Virus record (IMG/VR): IMGVR_UViG_3300042867_001762
Length of the DNA: 64,000 bases
Origin: an uncultured virus (IMG/VR IMGVR_UViG_3300042867_001762)
Taxonomy: Duplodnaviria; Heunggongvirae; Uroviricota; Caudoviricetes
Direction: 5' to 3' (one strand)
This document shows positions 9,469 to 17,791 of the stretch, piece by piece. The notes beneath the pieces were generated by a model, which did no database searches, was not told the DNA's origin, and was given only the letters and a program-made list of their open reading frames with translations. Numbering within the stretch: the first letter of the stretch is position 1; the number at the start of each line of letters is the position of its first letter. The position numbers were made by a program, and so were the translations under genes.

Positions 9469-9964
9469 CTATCCCGCAAGGAAATCCTGCGCAACAAACC
9501 TGCCGTGGTGGTTGCCGGAATACCTATTCAGGAAGTGGCGCGTGATCTCGGTCGGATGCCCAATCAAAGCAACCATGTCACGAGGCTTGAGCGTGCTGAC
9601 AATCCCGTCGTCATTCACGTAAACAACACGCGACACACCCGTCTCCTTAAGCGCGTGCTGACACAGCATGCACGGACGACCATTCTTATTGCACCGGGAT
9701 TGCGGTCCGTCTGCATTGTTGAAACGATAAATATAAATCTTGGCGCCGGCAGTACGATCACCGAGCTTGCGAATCAGGTCCATCTCAGCGTGCATTGACT
9801 GGCGGAAGACCGAGCTGCCGCGAGAATAACGCCGCTGATTTACACCGAACCCCAAAACGGTGCCGCCTCGAATTGCAAAAGCAACAACCTGGTGTTGCAG
9901 AGAATCATCACGAAACTGAGTAGCAAGCGACTCAGCGAGGCCCTACAAAAGCGGTATAGCGCAT
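9469..9964 (-). CDS. Zn-dependent cytidine/CMP-dCMP-type deaminase with a one-base frameshift near the 5' end
   Basis: HAE and RPCMLC motifs. GGAG RBS and ATG at 9964 join the frame only if CCC at 9941-9943 is read as CC. Confidence 0.8.
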
Positions 9965-10167
9965 ACCTGACTCCTTTCCTTTATGCTTCCCCACGGGGAA
10001 CGTTTTCTTCAATCTCTTTTACAAGAGCATTCATGCTGGACTGTGCAAGACCTGCATCTCCCTCTGGCGTAAGCGGATCTTCATAAGTTGCGATTAGTTT
10101 AATCAGGCTGTGCATCTGCACCAGATTGATTACCGCCTCGCGATCAATTACCATGCCATCTGGATTC

Positions 10168-10425
10168 TTAAACGTTGGGTTCATTGCGACTCGTCGGGCG
10201 GCTAGAGATAAAGAAAAGAATTTCCTTCGCAGGAAGTGCAGTGCCATCAGCAACGAGCACATCGGGCAGTACGCCGTTTACAAGATCGCTAATGGCTGCG
10301 CAAAGAGCGGCCTCACGGCTTGGCGCAGCATCCAGGTAGTTGCCTGCGATCTGCCACGCATTTTTGTCAGACTGGCCAATCCTCTGCGACAGGCTAGAAA
10401 CAAACTTGATATCCATCGTACTCAC
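10168..10425 (-). CDS. hypothetical protein
   Basis: First gene after the motif at 10448. Confidence 0.55.
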   Translation of the reverse strand: MSTMDIKFVSSLSQRIGQSDKNAWQIAGNYLDAAPSREAALCAAISDLVNGVLPDVLVADGTALPAKEILFFISSRPTSRNEPNV

Positions 10426-10497
10426 TCCGGGTTCGGGGTTCGGCCTTCAGGATCGGCGGGGGCCGGCTTTAGGCCCGGCGGGGACTGCGTACGATTC

Positions 10498-10842
10498 TTA
10501 TCGCGAATCATTAGAATTGTCACGTACAAGTGCGGAGCGCAGCACGCTTTGTGCGTTAACCAAGGCTGCGTTCTGAGGCGGGTTAGATAGCAGGATAGCC
10601 GTGTCTATCGTGCTCCAGGACAGAATTTTCTCGCAGGCAGTACGTAGGCGCTCAGCCTCTCTGTGTGCAGATTCAAGCTGGAGCGTGAGGGAGTCGATAG
10701 TACGACTGAGGTCTGCCGTCATATCAGTGCTAGAGTTAACGGCGCATCCGGCTTCGTAGCCTCTCTGGTACGTCGCTCTGGCCGAGTAGTCTGCGGCGGT
10801 CCCTGCCGCGTCGAGGGCCGATTGGATTTTTTGATTGCTCAT
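10498..10842 (-). CDS. hypothetical coiled-coil protein
   Basis: ORF coupled by ATGA overlap. Confidence 0.6.
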   Translation of the reverse strand: MSNQKIQSALDAAGTAADYSARATYQRGYEAGCAVNSSTDMTADLSRTIDSLTLQLESAHREAERLRTACEKILSWSTIDTAILLSNPPQNAALVNAQSVLRSALVRDNSNDSR

Positions 10843-11045
10843 GGCTTCACTTCGTCATAGGCGGCGGCGACCAAGGGCGCGATGGTACGCACGGCATCGA
10901 CCACCTTGTCTGCTGCAATAAACTTACGCTCCAAGAAGTCAAGGCGGTCAAGGGCGGCAACAAGCGCCATACCGACGACGTCGCTGTCCGGCTCGTACTT
11001 GTCCAAGACGACGCGGCGTTGAAAATCTGTCAGCGGTTTGCTCAT
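10839..11045 (-). CDS. hypothetical protein, short relative of 47103-47672
   Basis: MSKPLTD N-terminus and RLDFLERK...YDEVKP C-terminus shared. Confidence 0.65.
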   Translation of the reverse strand: MSKPLTDFQRRVVLDKYEPDSDVVGMALVAALDRLDFLERKFIAADKVVDAVRTIAPLVAAAYDEVKP

Positions 11046-11207
11046 ACATTCTCCAGTGCGGCCACGACGTCGTCGGGCGATGGGAACAAGGTAGGGTTGG
11101 CAAGAACGGCAGTGAGGTAAGGTGGGTTTGGTTTAGACGACATCATGCAAGCCACTGCCACCGCCCGCTGTTGCCCGAGGATGGCTCGCACGAAAGCGGC
11201 GCGACCA

Positions 11208-11606
11208 TCAGTCGTACCAGCAATACAGCCCTTTGTTGCTGCACATACGCTCATCTGCCTGATAAAACAACGCATCAAAAGCAGAGCGCTCCTCGTCCGT
11301 AGGCTGCGCCTTCAGCTCTACGCCTTCAATTGACAACCGGTAGTCATAACGATCTGGACCGACTGCGTACCCATGCGCTGTGAAACGGGGGTGCGCCGTA
11401 AGAAATTTTGCAAATTCATCAATACTAGGACCATCATTATGGCGCTCGAATGGATCAGCATGACCGGCTGCCAGTAGGATGTTCAGCCTGCCAACGTCCA
11501 GTCCGGTAAAGCTCTCAATGCCGCCCAGCTCATAGGAAGAAGAGATACCAAGAATAGCGTCGCGTTCAGCCGCAGCAATAATACGCTGTGCACGATAAAG
11601 CTTCAT
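11208..11606 (-). CDS. hypothetical protein
   Basis: HGYAVGPDRYDYRLSIEG...CWYD. Confidence 0.7.
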   Translation of the reverse strand: MKLYRAQRIIAAAERDAILGISSSYELGGIESFTGLDVGRLNILLAAGHADPFERHNDGPSIDEFAKFLTAHPRFTAHGYAVGPDRYDYRLSIEGVELKAQPTDEERSAFDALFYQADERMCSNKGLYCWYD

Positions 11607-11890
11607 AGCGCAGGTTCCTTTACGTAAACATCATCTCGAACTAATATTTTGTGCGAGCCGTCAAAAGAAAAAACGCCGCGATCTACTATGAACTGGAAAT
11701 CATCCCAGCAAAAGCTGCCACTAGGAGTCTTGAGGCGGACCTCTACGATCTGCCAAGGAGCGCGCACCCAGCGCCAGTCCATATCGCGACGCGCATCAAT
11801 CTCCGGGAAACGCTGCGAAAAAATGTTTATGATTGCGGATGCATTCCGTTCTCGCACGGCTTCGAGCATCAGGTAGCTGTCTAGCTTCAT
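11603..11890 (-). CDS. MKL-family paralog
   Basis: MKLDSYLMLEAVRERNASAIINIFSQRF. Confidence 0.75.
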   Translation of the reverse strand: MKLDSYLMLEAVRERNASAIINIFSQRFPEIDARRDMDWRWVRAPWQIVEVRLKTPSGSFCWDDFQFIVDRGVFSFDGSHKILVRDDVYVKEPAL

Positions 11891-12225
11891 ACTATCATGC
11901 CTATCTTGATATAAAGATCTCGCGGTGCATAGAAGATGATTTTGGACTCCTTCGTAGTGCATCCCCAGCATTTAAATTCATCTTCATTGTTCCAGCCATA
12001 ATAATAAGATTTGGAGCCGACCGCTTTCTCTGCGCATCCCTTGACATAGGCTATCACTACATAGTCCGCGACGTCGCCATCGGCGGACAGACGAAAGCGC
12101 GAGTTCCTCGCAACAAGCGCAGCCACCAGCCCAGAGAGTCCGAAGTGCCGGTCTAGGACCATCGCTGCTTCGTCCCAACGAGCATCCATCATGGCGCTCT
12201 TTATCTCATAAGAATCTAGCTTCAT
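11887..12225 (-). CDS. MKL-family paralog
   Basis: MKLDSYEIKSAMMDARWDEAAMVLDRHFG. Confidence 0.8.
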   Translation of the reverse strand: MKLDSYEIKSAMMDARWDEAAMVLDRHFGLSGLVAALVARNSRFRLSADGDVADYVVIAYVKGCAEKAVGSKSYYYGWNNEDEFKCWGCTTKESKIIFYAPRDLYIKIGMIV

Positions 12226-12307
12226 TGCGAAGGCGTCCTATTTAAAATAGCGGCGGGGACCGTCGCCGCACAGGATCGGGCGCGTCCGGTTTTAGGCCCG
12301 GCCCGCG

Positions 12308-12613
12308 CTAAGAAAATAACCTCTTAACAACATAAGGGTTGGTTGTTCCTTCGTCATCATCTGAATCCTCAAGCATACGGTACGCCAGCTCTAATGAGCT
12401 TTGTGTAATCTTGGCAAGATTAGGAGAGAAGTAGTCAGTATTAATGACTGACCCGCCGATGCTTATCTTTTCACCGAACTGGTATATTCTAAATCCAGGC
12501 TTAACGACCCAGGCATATAGTATGCCGCCAGGGTCCAATCTATCAAAAGCATCATCGTATTCGCCAATAACTTCTTGCAAGTGCTCCCTGATTTCCCACT
12601 CTCTAATCTTCAT
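12308..12613 (-). CDS. hypothetical protein (MK..EW.IRE subgroup)
   Basis: MKIREWEIREHL, resembles 15983-16342. Confidence 0.65.
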   Translation of the reverse strand: MKIREWEIREHLQEVIGEYDDAFDRLDPGGILYAWVVKPGFRIYQFGEKISIGGSVINTDYFSPNLAKITQSSLELAYRMLEDSDDDEGTTNPYVVKRLFS

Positions 12614-12884
12614 CGCAGTACTCTAGAGCGACATGAGGACTGTACCTAGCCTCATCCACGTAGTATGTATAAAAACTAGAAAGCTCATCCCAGCGCCAAA
12701 CAGTACGCCTATAATAAAGTGTCATGCTCCGGGGCGCGTGCAATGAGCCATACCTCTGTACATTAAAAGTATCTAGCGGCGGGAGCCGGTCTATTATGTC
12801 AAAGTGACGCATCAAGCAATAAACCGCGGCCCGCCAGTCACGAGCGCGTATCGCTTCCAGCATTTCGTAGTTTTCAATCTTCAC
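12603..12884 (-). CDS. MKL-family paralog
   Basis: MKIENYEMLEAIRARDWRAAVYCLMRHFDI; close relative of the adjacent gene. Confidence 0.8.
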   Translation of the reverse strand: MKIENYEMLEAIRARDWRAAVYCLMRHFDIIDRLPPLDTFNVQRYGSLHAPRSMTLYYRRTVWRWDELSSFYTYYVDEARYSPHVALEYCDED

Positions 12885-13158
12885 AGGGATATTCTTCGCA
12901 ATAGGTTATAGTCGCTTTAGGTGCGCTAGGTTCTGCCAAGTCCTCTGCATAAAACCCAGCAAAATCATCCCAGTGCCAAGCAGTGGTGCCATAATAAATT
13001 GACAAGGACCAAGAGGTCCAATCAATTGCTTTAAACGAAAATGTATTTAGCGGCGGGAGAACATCCACTATATCAAAGTGACGGATTAAGCAATCGGCGG
13101 CGCGTCGCCAGTCACCAGCACGCAGCGCTGCCTCTATCTCGTATTCGTCGAGCTTCAA
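12874..13158 (-). CDS. MKL-family paralog
   Basis: MKLDEYEIEAALRAGDWRRAADCLIRHFDI...WDDFAGF. Confidence 0.8.
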   Translation of the reverse strand: MKLDEYEIEAALRAGDWRRAADCLIRHFDIVDVLPPLNTFSFKAIDWTSWSLSIYYGTTAWHWDDFAGFYAEDLAEPSAPKATITYCEEYPCED

Positions 13159-13172
13159 TGTTGCTCCAATTA

Positions 13173-13372
13173 AAAAGCGGCCGGCACTCCTGGTAGGCTA
13201 CGGCCATCGCCCGATAAAACCGCGGGTAGTGCTCCCGCTTCCGAAGGGTCTAGCCCTTTTCGCGATCAGTAACTTTTTCTAGAATTGTTACTGGCGCTAT
13301 CGGTTAAGCGCCCGCAAGCGCTTGTTCGAAAAGTGGTGTTTTGATTTCTTATAGGAAGAACACCGAACCTCG
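13173..13372 (-). ncRNA. candidate structured ncRNA with multibranch core and two possible loop-loop pairings
   Basis: ORF-free; perfect stems CCGATA/TATCGG, CAGTAAC/GTTACTG, AAGGG/CCCTT, GCGGG/CCCGC, AAGCGC/GCGCTT, GGCCG/CGGCC; loop complements TCTAG/CTAGA and GCACT/AGTGC. Confidence 0.55.
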
Positions 13373-13373
13373 T

Positions 13374-13448
13374 TGGCAGCCCGTGTAGGAGTCGAACCTA
13401 CCTGATGCAGCTTTAGAAGAGCCGCCACTGAATTCCGTCAGACGAGCC
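13374..13448 (-). tRNA. tRNA-Arg(TCT) with degenerate D-arm
   Basis: GGCTCGT/ACGGGCT + G-CCA; GCGGCT-CTTCTAA-AGCTGC; GTAGG-TTCGACT-CCTAC. Confidence 0.8.
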
Positions 13449-13528
13449 GTATAAACGTCTTACTCGTAATGTAAGTTACATCGGAGGGCAAATGAAGACA
13501 TGTGGAAAGTGCGGAGGAAAATTTCCTT

Positions 13529-13606
13529 TCACAAAAAGATTGCATAGCAAGCCGCGGCGTCTCTGGCCCGAAAGACTTGTAGCATCTTGTAATGATGGAG
13601 CTTCAT
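13529..13606 (-). pseudogene. truncated MKL-family paralog (25 aa)
   Basis: MKLHHYKMLQVFRARDAAACYAIFL then stop, abutting an opposite-strand CxxC gene stub. Confidence 0.6.
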
Positions 13607-13607
13607 C

Positions 13608-13866
13608 TCATATCCTTAGAGTAATGGCGCAAGATGTTCTGCGATCAAACTTGGAAAAAGACTTACAGAAGCCGGTTGTCGGCGACCAGGTATAATATCC
13701 TGGCCCATCCCAGATATGAATCTTGTACCCATGAAAACTGGTAGGATGAATCTCGATGAACAGATCTTGAATGCTTAGACAGAAATGGTCTTGTAAGATT
13801 TGCGCAGGCCTTTGCTGTGTCAGCCTGCTGGAAAGCTTCCAGCATTTGATAGTGGTCGAATTTCAT
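13608..13866 (-). pseudogene. MKL-family paralog with one-base frameshift
   Basis: Removing one T from 13799-13801 gives MKFDHYQMLEAFQQADTAKACAILQDHF...YYTWSPTTGF, restoring both family motifs. Confidence 0.7.
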
Positions 13867-13919
13867 CCTCTTATCCAGACTTTAAAAAGGTGGTCGTCCG
13901 TAGCTATGTAGCTTCGCGC

Positions 13920-14222
13920 CTAGTACTTGAACAAGAACCTAACAGATTTTATAGGGCACTTACTGAAGTCTGCCCAGTCGGGATGACCCCGCGGCGCATA
14001 ATTTGAATCACGGAAAAGCCCGCCCCTACAGGTAATGAAAGCTGAGTTTACAAAGTAAACCACTAGCTGCGGCTGCGGATGCCCGTCCGTATGAAACTGT
14101 TTTGCCTGGAGTGCTTCGCCTATGCGATGACCTAGGCCAAAGTGATCGAGTACGAGGCGCAGTGCGTAATGCCTATCGGCAGCACCCATGGCTTCGACAA
14201 AAGCGTATGACTCTAGTTTCAT
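13920..14222 (-). CDS. MKL-family paralog
   Basis: MKLESYAFVEAMGAADRHYALRLVLDHFG. Confidence 0.8.
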   Translation of the reverse strand: MKLESYAFVEAMGAADRHYALRLVLDHFGLGHRIGEALQAKQFHTDGHPQPQLVVYFVNSAFITCRGGLFRDSNYAPRGHPDWADFSKCPIKSVRFLFKY

Positions 14223-14223
14223 G

Positions 14224-14517
14224 CTATTCCGCTGGCACGGTAATGACCGCCGCAATAGGCGAACGAGTGCCTGGACTAGATGCAACCGTGCTAGCGAAAT
14301 AAGTTCTCACGCTTCCTGCCGATCCTATCCACCATCTATATGTTGCGCCATCTTTATGTATGGCAACCTCTGATACGCTGCGCGAAAAAAATACCTTAAT
14401 ATCTTCTGGGCGGATTTCTTCTGCGTCCAGCCCGAAGTGTCCGGCAAGCAGTCTTACTGCAAGCGGGTAATTGCGCTCGCTAAAAGCAATACGCATACCG
14501 AAGTTGTGTAGCTTCAT
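14224..14517 (-). CDS. MKL-family paralog
   Basis: MKLHNFGMRIAFSERNYPLAVRLLAGHFG. Confidence 0.8.
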   Translation of the reverse strand: MKLHNFGMRIAFSERNYPLAVRLLAGHFGLDAEEIRPEDIKVFFSRSVSEVAIHKDGATYRWWIGSAGSVRTYFASTVASSPGTRSPIAAVITVPAE

Positions 14518-14538
14518 GGTGCCTCCGGCGTTCGGGGT

Positions 14539-14850
14539 TCAGGATCGGGGCGACCCGGCTTTAGGCCCGGCGGCCTCTGCGGGCGGCGCATAAATATCTA
14601 CAACGATGCTGTTCTCGGGATAAAGCTTACGCCATTTGGGCCAGCTTTCAAAGCCTAGTGACTTGCGCCAGGAGTAGATGCGATTACCGTGATTGATCTC
14701 TATCTCCGGCTGGAAGCCATTGTGACGCAGCAGATACAACCGATAGTCCGCTGGCATAGGGATATTAAAGTGCGCAGTGAGGGCTGCAATGGCCGCTGGC
14801 CAATCCTCGCGCTCGAATGCTTCACTGATACAGTAATGGTCCAGCTTCAT
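14539..14850 (-). CDS. MKL-family paralog
   Basis: MKLDHYCISEAFEREDWPAAIAALTAHF...YSWRKSLGF; C-terminal tail encoded by a motif copy. Confidence 0.8.
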   Translation of the reverse strand: MKLDHYCISEAFEREDWPAAIAALTAHFNIPMPADYRLYLLRHNGFQPEIEINHGNRIYSWRKSLGFESWPKWRKLYPENSIVVDIYAPPAEAAGPKAGSPRS

Positions 14851-15098
14851 CTAGCGAATATCCTGACATAGCTGCCGGGTACTGATGGCCTGCTCCAAAA
14901 CCCATCGTATTCTTCCCAGACATAGCGATTGCCATCAAGAATAATATTAACTTCCAGAGGTGCGACGGTAGCTTTTGTCAGGCCAACATTAGCGATAGTG
15001 CCGAATGGTTTGCCAAAATATTCTGACATGACCTTGATTGCCCTCGCCCAGTCTTCGGTTTCAAAAGCGAGAAACATTTCCGCAGCGGCCAGCTTCAT
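14847..15098 (-). CDS. MKL-family paralog
   Basis: MKLAAAEMFLAFETEDWARAIKVMSEYFG...YVWEEYDGF. Confidence 0.8.
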   Translation of the reverse strand: MKLAAAEMFLAFETEDWARAIKVMSEYFGKPFGTIANVGLTKATVAPLEVNIILDGNRYVWEEYDGFWSRPSVPGSYVRIFAR

Positions 15099-15385
15099 GC
15101 TTTCACCCAGATGTCAAAGGCTTGGTAATACTGAGGGCGGGCTACTGTTTGTTTTGGTCCAATGAAGCCTATTGTGTTGTACCAATAGTATGATACATTT
15201 TGATACGTAACACACGCCATGTGTTCAAGCGTGTCGTTCGCACCTAGCCTGCCAATAGCAGGACTTAGTGTGGAGGTTATCCGCGCAATCTCTGGCACAC
15301 TAAAGTACTCCGCCATTATATCGCCAGCAGCAATATAGTCGCAGGCCTTCATAGCGCACAGCATCAGATAAGAGTCCAGCTTCAT
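15095..15385 (-). CDS. MKL-family paralog
   Basis: MKLDSYLMLCAMKACDYIAAGDIMAEYF...YYWYNTIGF. Confidence 0.8.
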   Translation of the reverse strand: MKLDSYLMLCAMKACDYIAAGDIMAEYFSVPEIARITSTLSPAIGRLGANDTLEHMACVTYQNVSYYWYNTIGFIGPKQTVARPQYYQAFDIWVKA

Positions 15386-15669
15386 GCTAAGATAACTACT
15401 CTGCCCAATAGGCCGTTGTTGATCGAGCGCATGTGTTCATATGAAGCTCCCTTGGCAAAGCCTGTCTTGGCATTCCATGATAGCTCCTTCCCATCATAAT
15501 AAGATATGCGCACAGAGTAATGCGGAAAAGTCGGCCCGCGCGACCAAGTGGCAATCTGAAAAGCCAAGTGATTATAGTTCTCGCCAAAATGCGCAAGAAG
15601 AATATCTACAGCTTGGCCGTAGTTGCCGGCGGCAAGAGCGGCTGTTATCTCGTAATAATCTAGCTTCAT
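15382..15669 (-). CDS. MKL-family paralog
   Basis: MKLDYYEITAALAAGNYGQAVDILLAHFG...SWNAKTGF. Confidence 0.8.
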   Translation of the reverse strand: MKLDYYEITAALAAGNYGQAVDILLAHFGENYNHLAFQIATWSRGPTFPHYSVRISYYDGKELSWNAKTGFAKGASYEHMRSINNGLLGRVVILA

Positions 15670-15986
15670 AGTTGCCGTGTGCTATTGTGTAGTTCGCTGA
15701 TCGCTTGGCGGTAATAGCGGTCATAGGTGCATGCAATCTTTTTATCTGTGTCCAGCAAAAACTGTAGGCTGAGCTTGCCCATATCTGGCCAGTAGTGTGG
15801 CGTAGCAATTGCATAGCCACCGATAAAGAATTGTACCCCTATGGGCTCATCAGCATGCATGGCGGCTATAAGCGCGGTCCCTGCCCAGTAATCTATTCCA
15901 GACATTTTGTACATGGAATTGCGAGTGCCCGCAGCACGAGCATAATCATTCAGCAACTCTTTGAGCTCCCATCTCACAAGCTTCAA
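15666..15986 (-). CDS. hypothetical protein (MKL..W subgroup)
   Basis: TTG start, MKLVRWELKELL. Confidence 0.6.
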   Translation of the reverse strand: MKLVRWELKELLNDYARAAGTRNSMYKMSGIDYWAGTALIAAMHADEPIGVQFFIGGYAIATPHYWPDMGKLSLQFLLDTDKKIACTYDRYYRQAISELHNSTRQL

Positions 15987-16342
15987 GCGGGCTCCCAGAT
16001 AAGAACAGAAGGTCCTTGCTCGCGCGCATCGCTTCTGTGGCAAAACAGTTCCACTGAATACCTGCCGCTTTCTACTGGACCTATTCTAAAGCCATCGGGC
16101 AACTCAAGGCCTATGATTGTTGGGTTGTCGCTGTTGCGGGCGAACAAGGTCTCTTCGTTTGCGATAAGAAATATTTCATTCGAAGACACGGGGCCAATAA
16201 CCGGGTACTTGCTCTTGCAGTCTATATCTACAATAATCAGAGAGTCTGTTGCTACCGATACCCATATAGAAGAGATGGCGATCTCGCCTTCGCTTACATT
16301 GACCCTGATGCGTTCACGAATGTCCCACTCATTTAACTTCAT
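15983..16342 (-). CDS. hypothetical protein (MK..EW.IRE subgroup)
   Basis: MKLNEWDIRERI. Confidence 0.65.
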   Translation of the reverse strand: MKLNEWDIRERIRVNVSEGEIAISSIWVSVATDSLIIVDIDCKSKYPVIGPVSSNEIFLIANEETLFARNSDNPTIIGLELPDGFRIGPVESGRYSVELFCHRSDAREQGPSVLIWEPA

Positions 16343-16619
16343 AATGATCAGTCCATATTCTTATGCGAGTGCCACCTGTATCGGTCCACGGACGAGCACG
16401 AGATTCACCCGCAATCCAAGTGTATGCCAGGCCCCCGTGAGCTATTCTAATTTGCTCAGGGACAGTAGAGTAAAACTTGCCAGTGATAACCATTGAGAGT
16501 ATAGCTGGATCATCCGGCGCATACTGCGGCAACCCTAGTACAAAAGCAGCCGTGTTCACAGCGGCAAGTATATCGCCGCTCCTTATAGCTTCCTGTATAA
16601 CCCAGTCGTGCAACTTCAT
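16329..16619 (-). CDS. MKL-family paralog
   Basis: MKLHDWVIQEAIRSGDILAAVN; close relative of the adjacent gene. Confidence 0.8.
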   Translation of the reverse strand: MKLHDWVIQEAIRSGDILAAVNTAAFVLGLPQYAPDDPAILSMVITGKFYSTVPEQIRIAHGGLAYTWIAGESRARPWTDTGGTRIRIWTDHYEVK

Positions 16620-16625
16620 GCTGGT

Positions 16626-16895
16626 TTACCCGCGCGCCCAAATAACTATCCATGGACCGACAATGGCGGTACTACGCATCTTGGTAATGCCTGGCTGCCA
16701 CATGTATAGCTCGCCATTTAATCCTATGCGAATCTGCTGAAGGCTGTCGCCAACTATATTCACCCTCATGCCTTTGATGGCATCAAGGTTAGCAGTAAAT
16801 CTAGGTAACTCGAACAGGTCGGCAACCTCGTTGACTGCCGCAAGCCAGTCGCCCGCTCGCAGCGCTTCGCATATGACCCAGTCATGTAGCTTCAT
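16626..16895 (-). CDS. MKL-family paralog
   Basis: MKLHDWVICEALRAGDWLAAVN. Confidence 0.8.
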   Translation of the reverse strand: MKLHDWVICEALRAGDWLAAVNEVADLFELPRFTANLDAIKGMRVNIVGDSLQQIRIGLNGELYMWQPGITKMRSTAIVGPWIVIWARG

Positions 16896-17394
16896 GAACG
16901 CTCAGCCAATCCTTTACGGCTCGCAGATGCTGGGCAGTCAAGCCAACCGTATGGTCGGGCGCAAGCTTGAGCAGATTGCTTGTACCCTCGTGCTTCCACT
17001 CGGGCGCGGCCTTCAGCCATTCCTCCCACAGCAATTCACAGTCATCATCAAGCCACACAACCGGCCGGCCAGTCTTTAGGGCCGCAGCTACAGCGCGTGG
17101 CTTCCATAGCTCATCGCGCTCGGGATAGTTAAGCGGTGCCGCAGCCACGGGAAAAGGGCCGACGCCTAGCAGTGGTGACAGCAGCGTATTTGCTTTGTCG
17201 TCCTCGTTCCAGGTAGTCAGCCAGTGTGTCTCTGCGATTGACGAGACAGCCGCTGCCATGATCCTGCTTGTCCAAAGAGTAAAGCCGTCTGCTGTAGACT
17301 TTTCCCAGTCCGGCCAATCGGGATTAGGGGAGTCGCACCTGTCAAGCAGAGCATTCAATACGCCGTCAAAGTCAAGCAGTAGTAGCGGCGTCAT
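16882..17394 (-). CDS. HAD-superfamily phosphatase (Swiss-army-knife RNA-repair-like HAD)
   Basis: LLLDFDGVLN motif I, WLTTW, K, VVWLDDD motif IV, GLT C-terminus. Confidence 0.8.
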   Translation of the reverse strand: MTPLLLLDFDGVLNALLDRCDSPNPDWPDWEKSTADGFTLWTSRIMAAAVSSIAETHWLTTWNEDDKANTLLSPLLGVGPFPVAAAPLNYPERDELWKPRAVAAALKTGRPVVWLDDDCELLWEEWLKAAPEWKHEGTSNLLKLAPDHTVGLTAQHLRAVKDWLSVHEAT

Positions 17395-17396
17395 GC

Positions 17397-17714
17397 TTAT
17401 TCCTTTTCTGGGCGCGCACTGCCATCCAGAATACGGGCGGCAAAATGCGCAGTATCAGGACACGCTACACAAAATTCTGAGATATTCAGCAGGGCACGGC
17501 GCAGACGATCATTATCTGATTGCAGCTCTTTCATGCGCTGTATCAAGCTGCTGTCTTGGATAATCGAAGCAGGGGCCGCTTCCTTGTCCACTGGCATAGC
17601 GTACTCCTGATTAGCCTCGGCAGCGGAGAGATTAATCAGGCGTCCGACGCGCCAGCACATGTATGCCGCGTGGTCTGTCCGCCCACAAGATGGGCAAGTC
17701 TCTTCGGCGCTCAC
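17397..17714 (-). CDS. hypothetical protein with Zn-knuckle-like N-terminus
   Basis: CPSCGRTDH...C. Confidence 0.55.
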   Translation of the reverse strand: MSAEETCPSCGRTDHAAYMCWRVGRLINLSAAEANQEYAMPVDKEAAPASIIQDSSLIQRMKELQSDNDRLRRALLNISEFCVACPDTAHFAARILDGSARPEKE

Positions 17715-17742
17715 AAGATTTCCTTTGAAGAAAGTTTACATA

Positions 17743-17772
17743 AAAAAACCGGAGTTGCCTCCGGTCTTTTTT
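17743..17772. terminator. bidirectional intrinsic terminator
   Basis: AAAAAAA-CCGGAG-TTGC-CTCCGG-TCTTTTTT. Confidence 0.75.
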
Positions 17773-17791
17773 CAATGAAAATGTCCACGCA

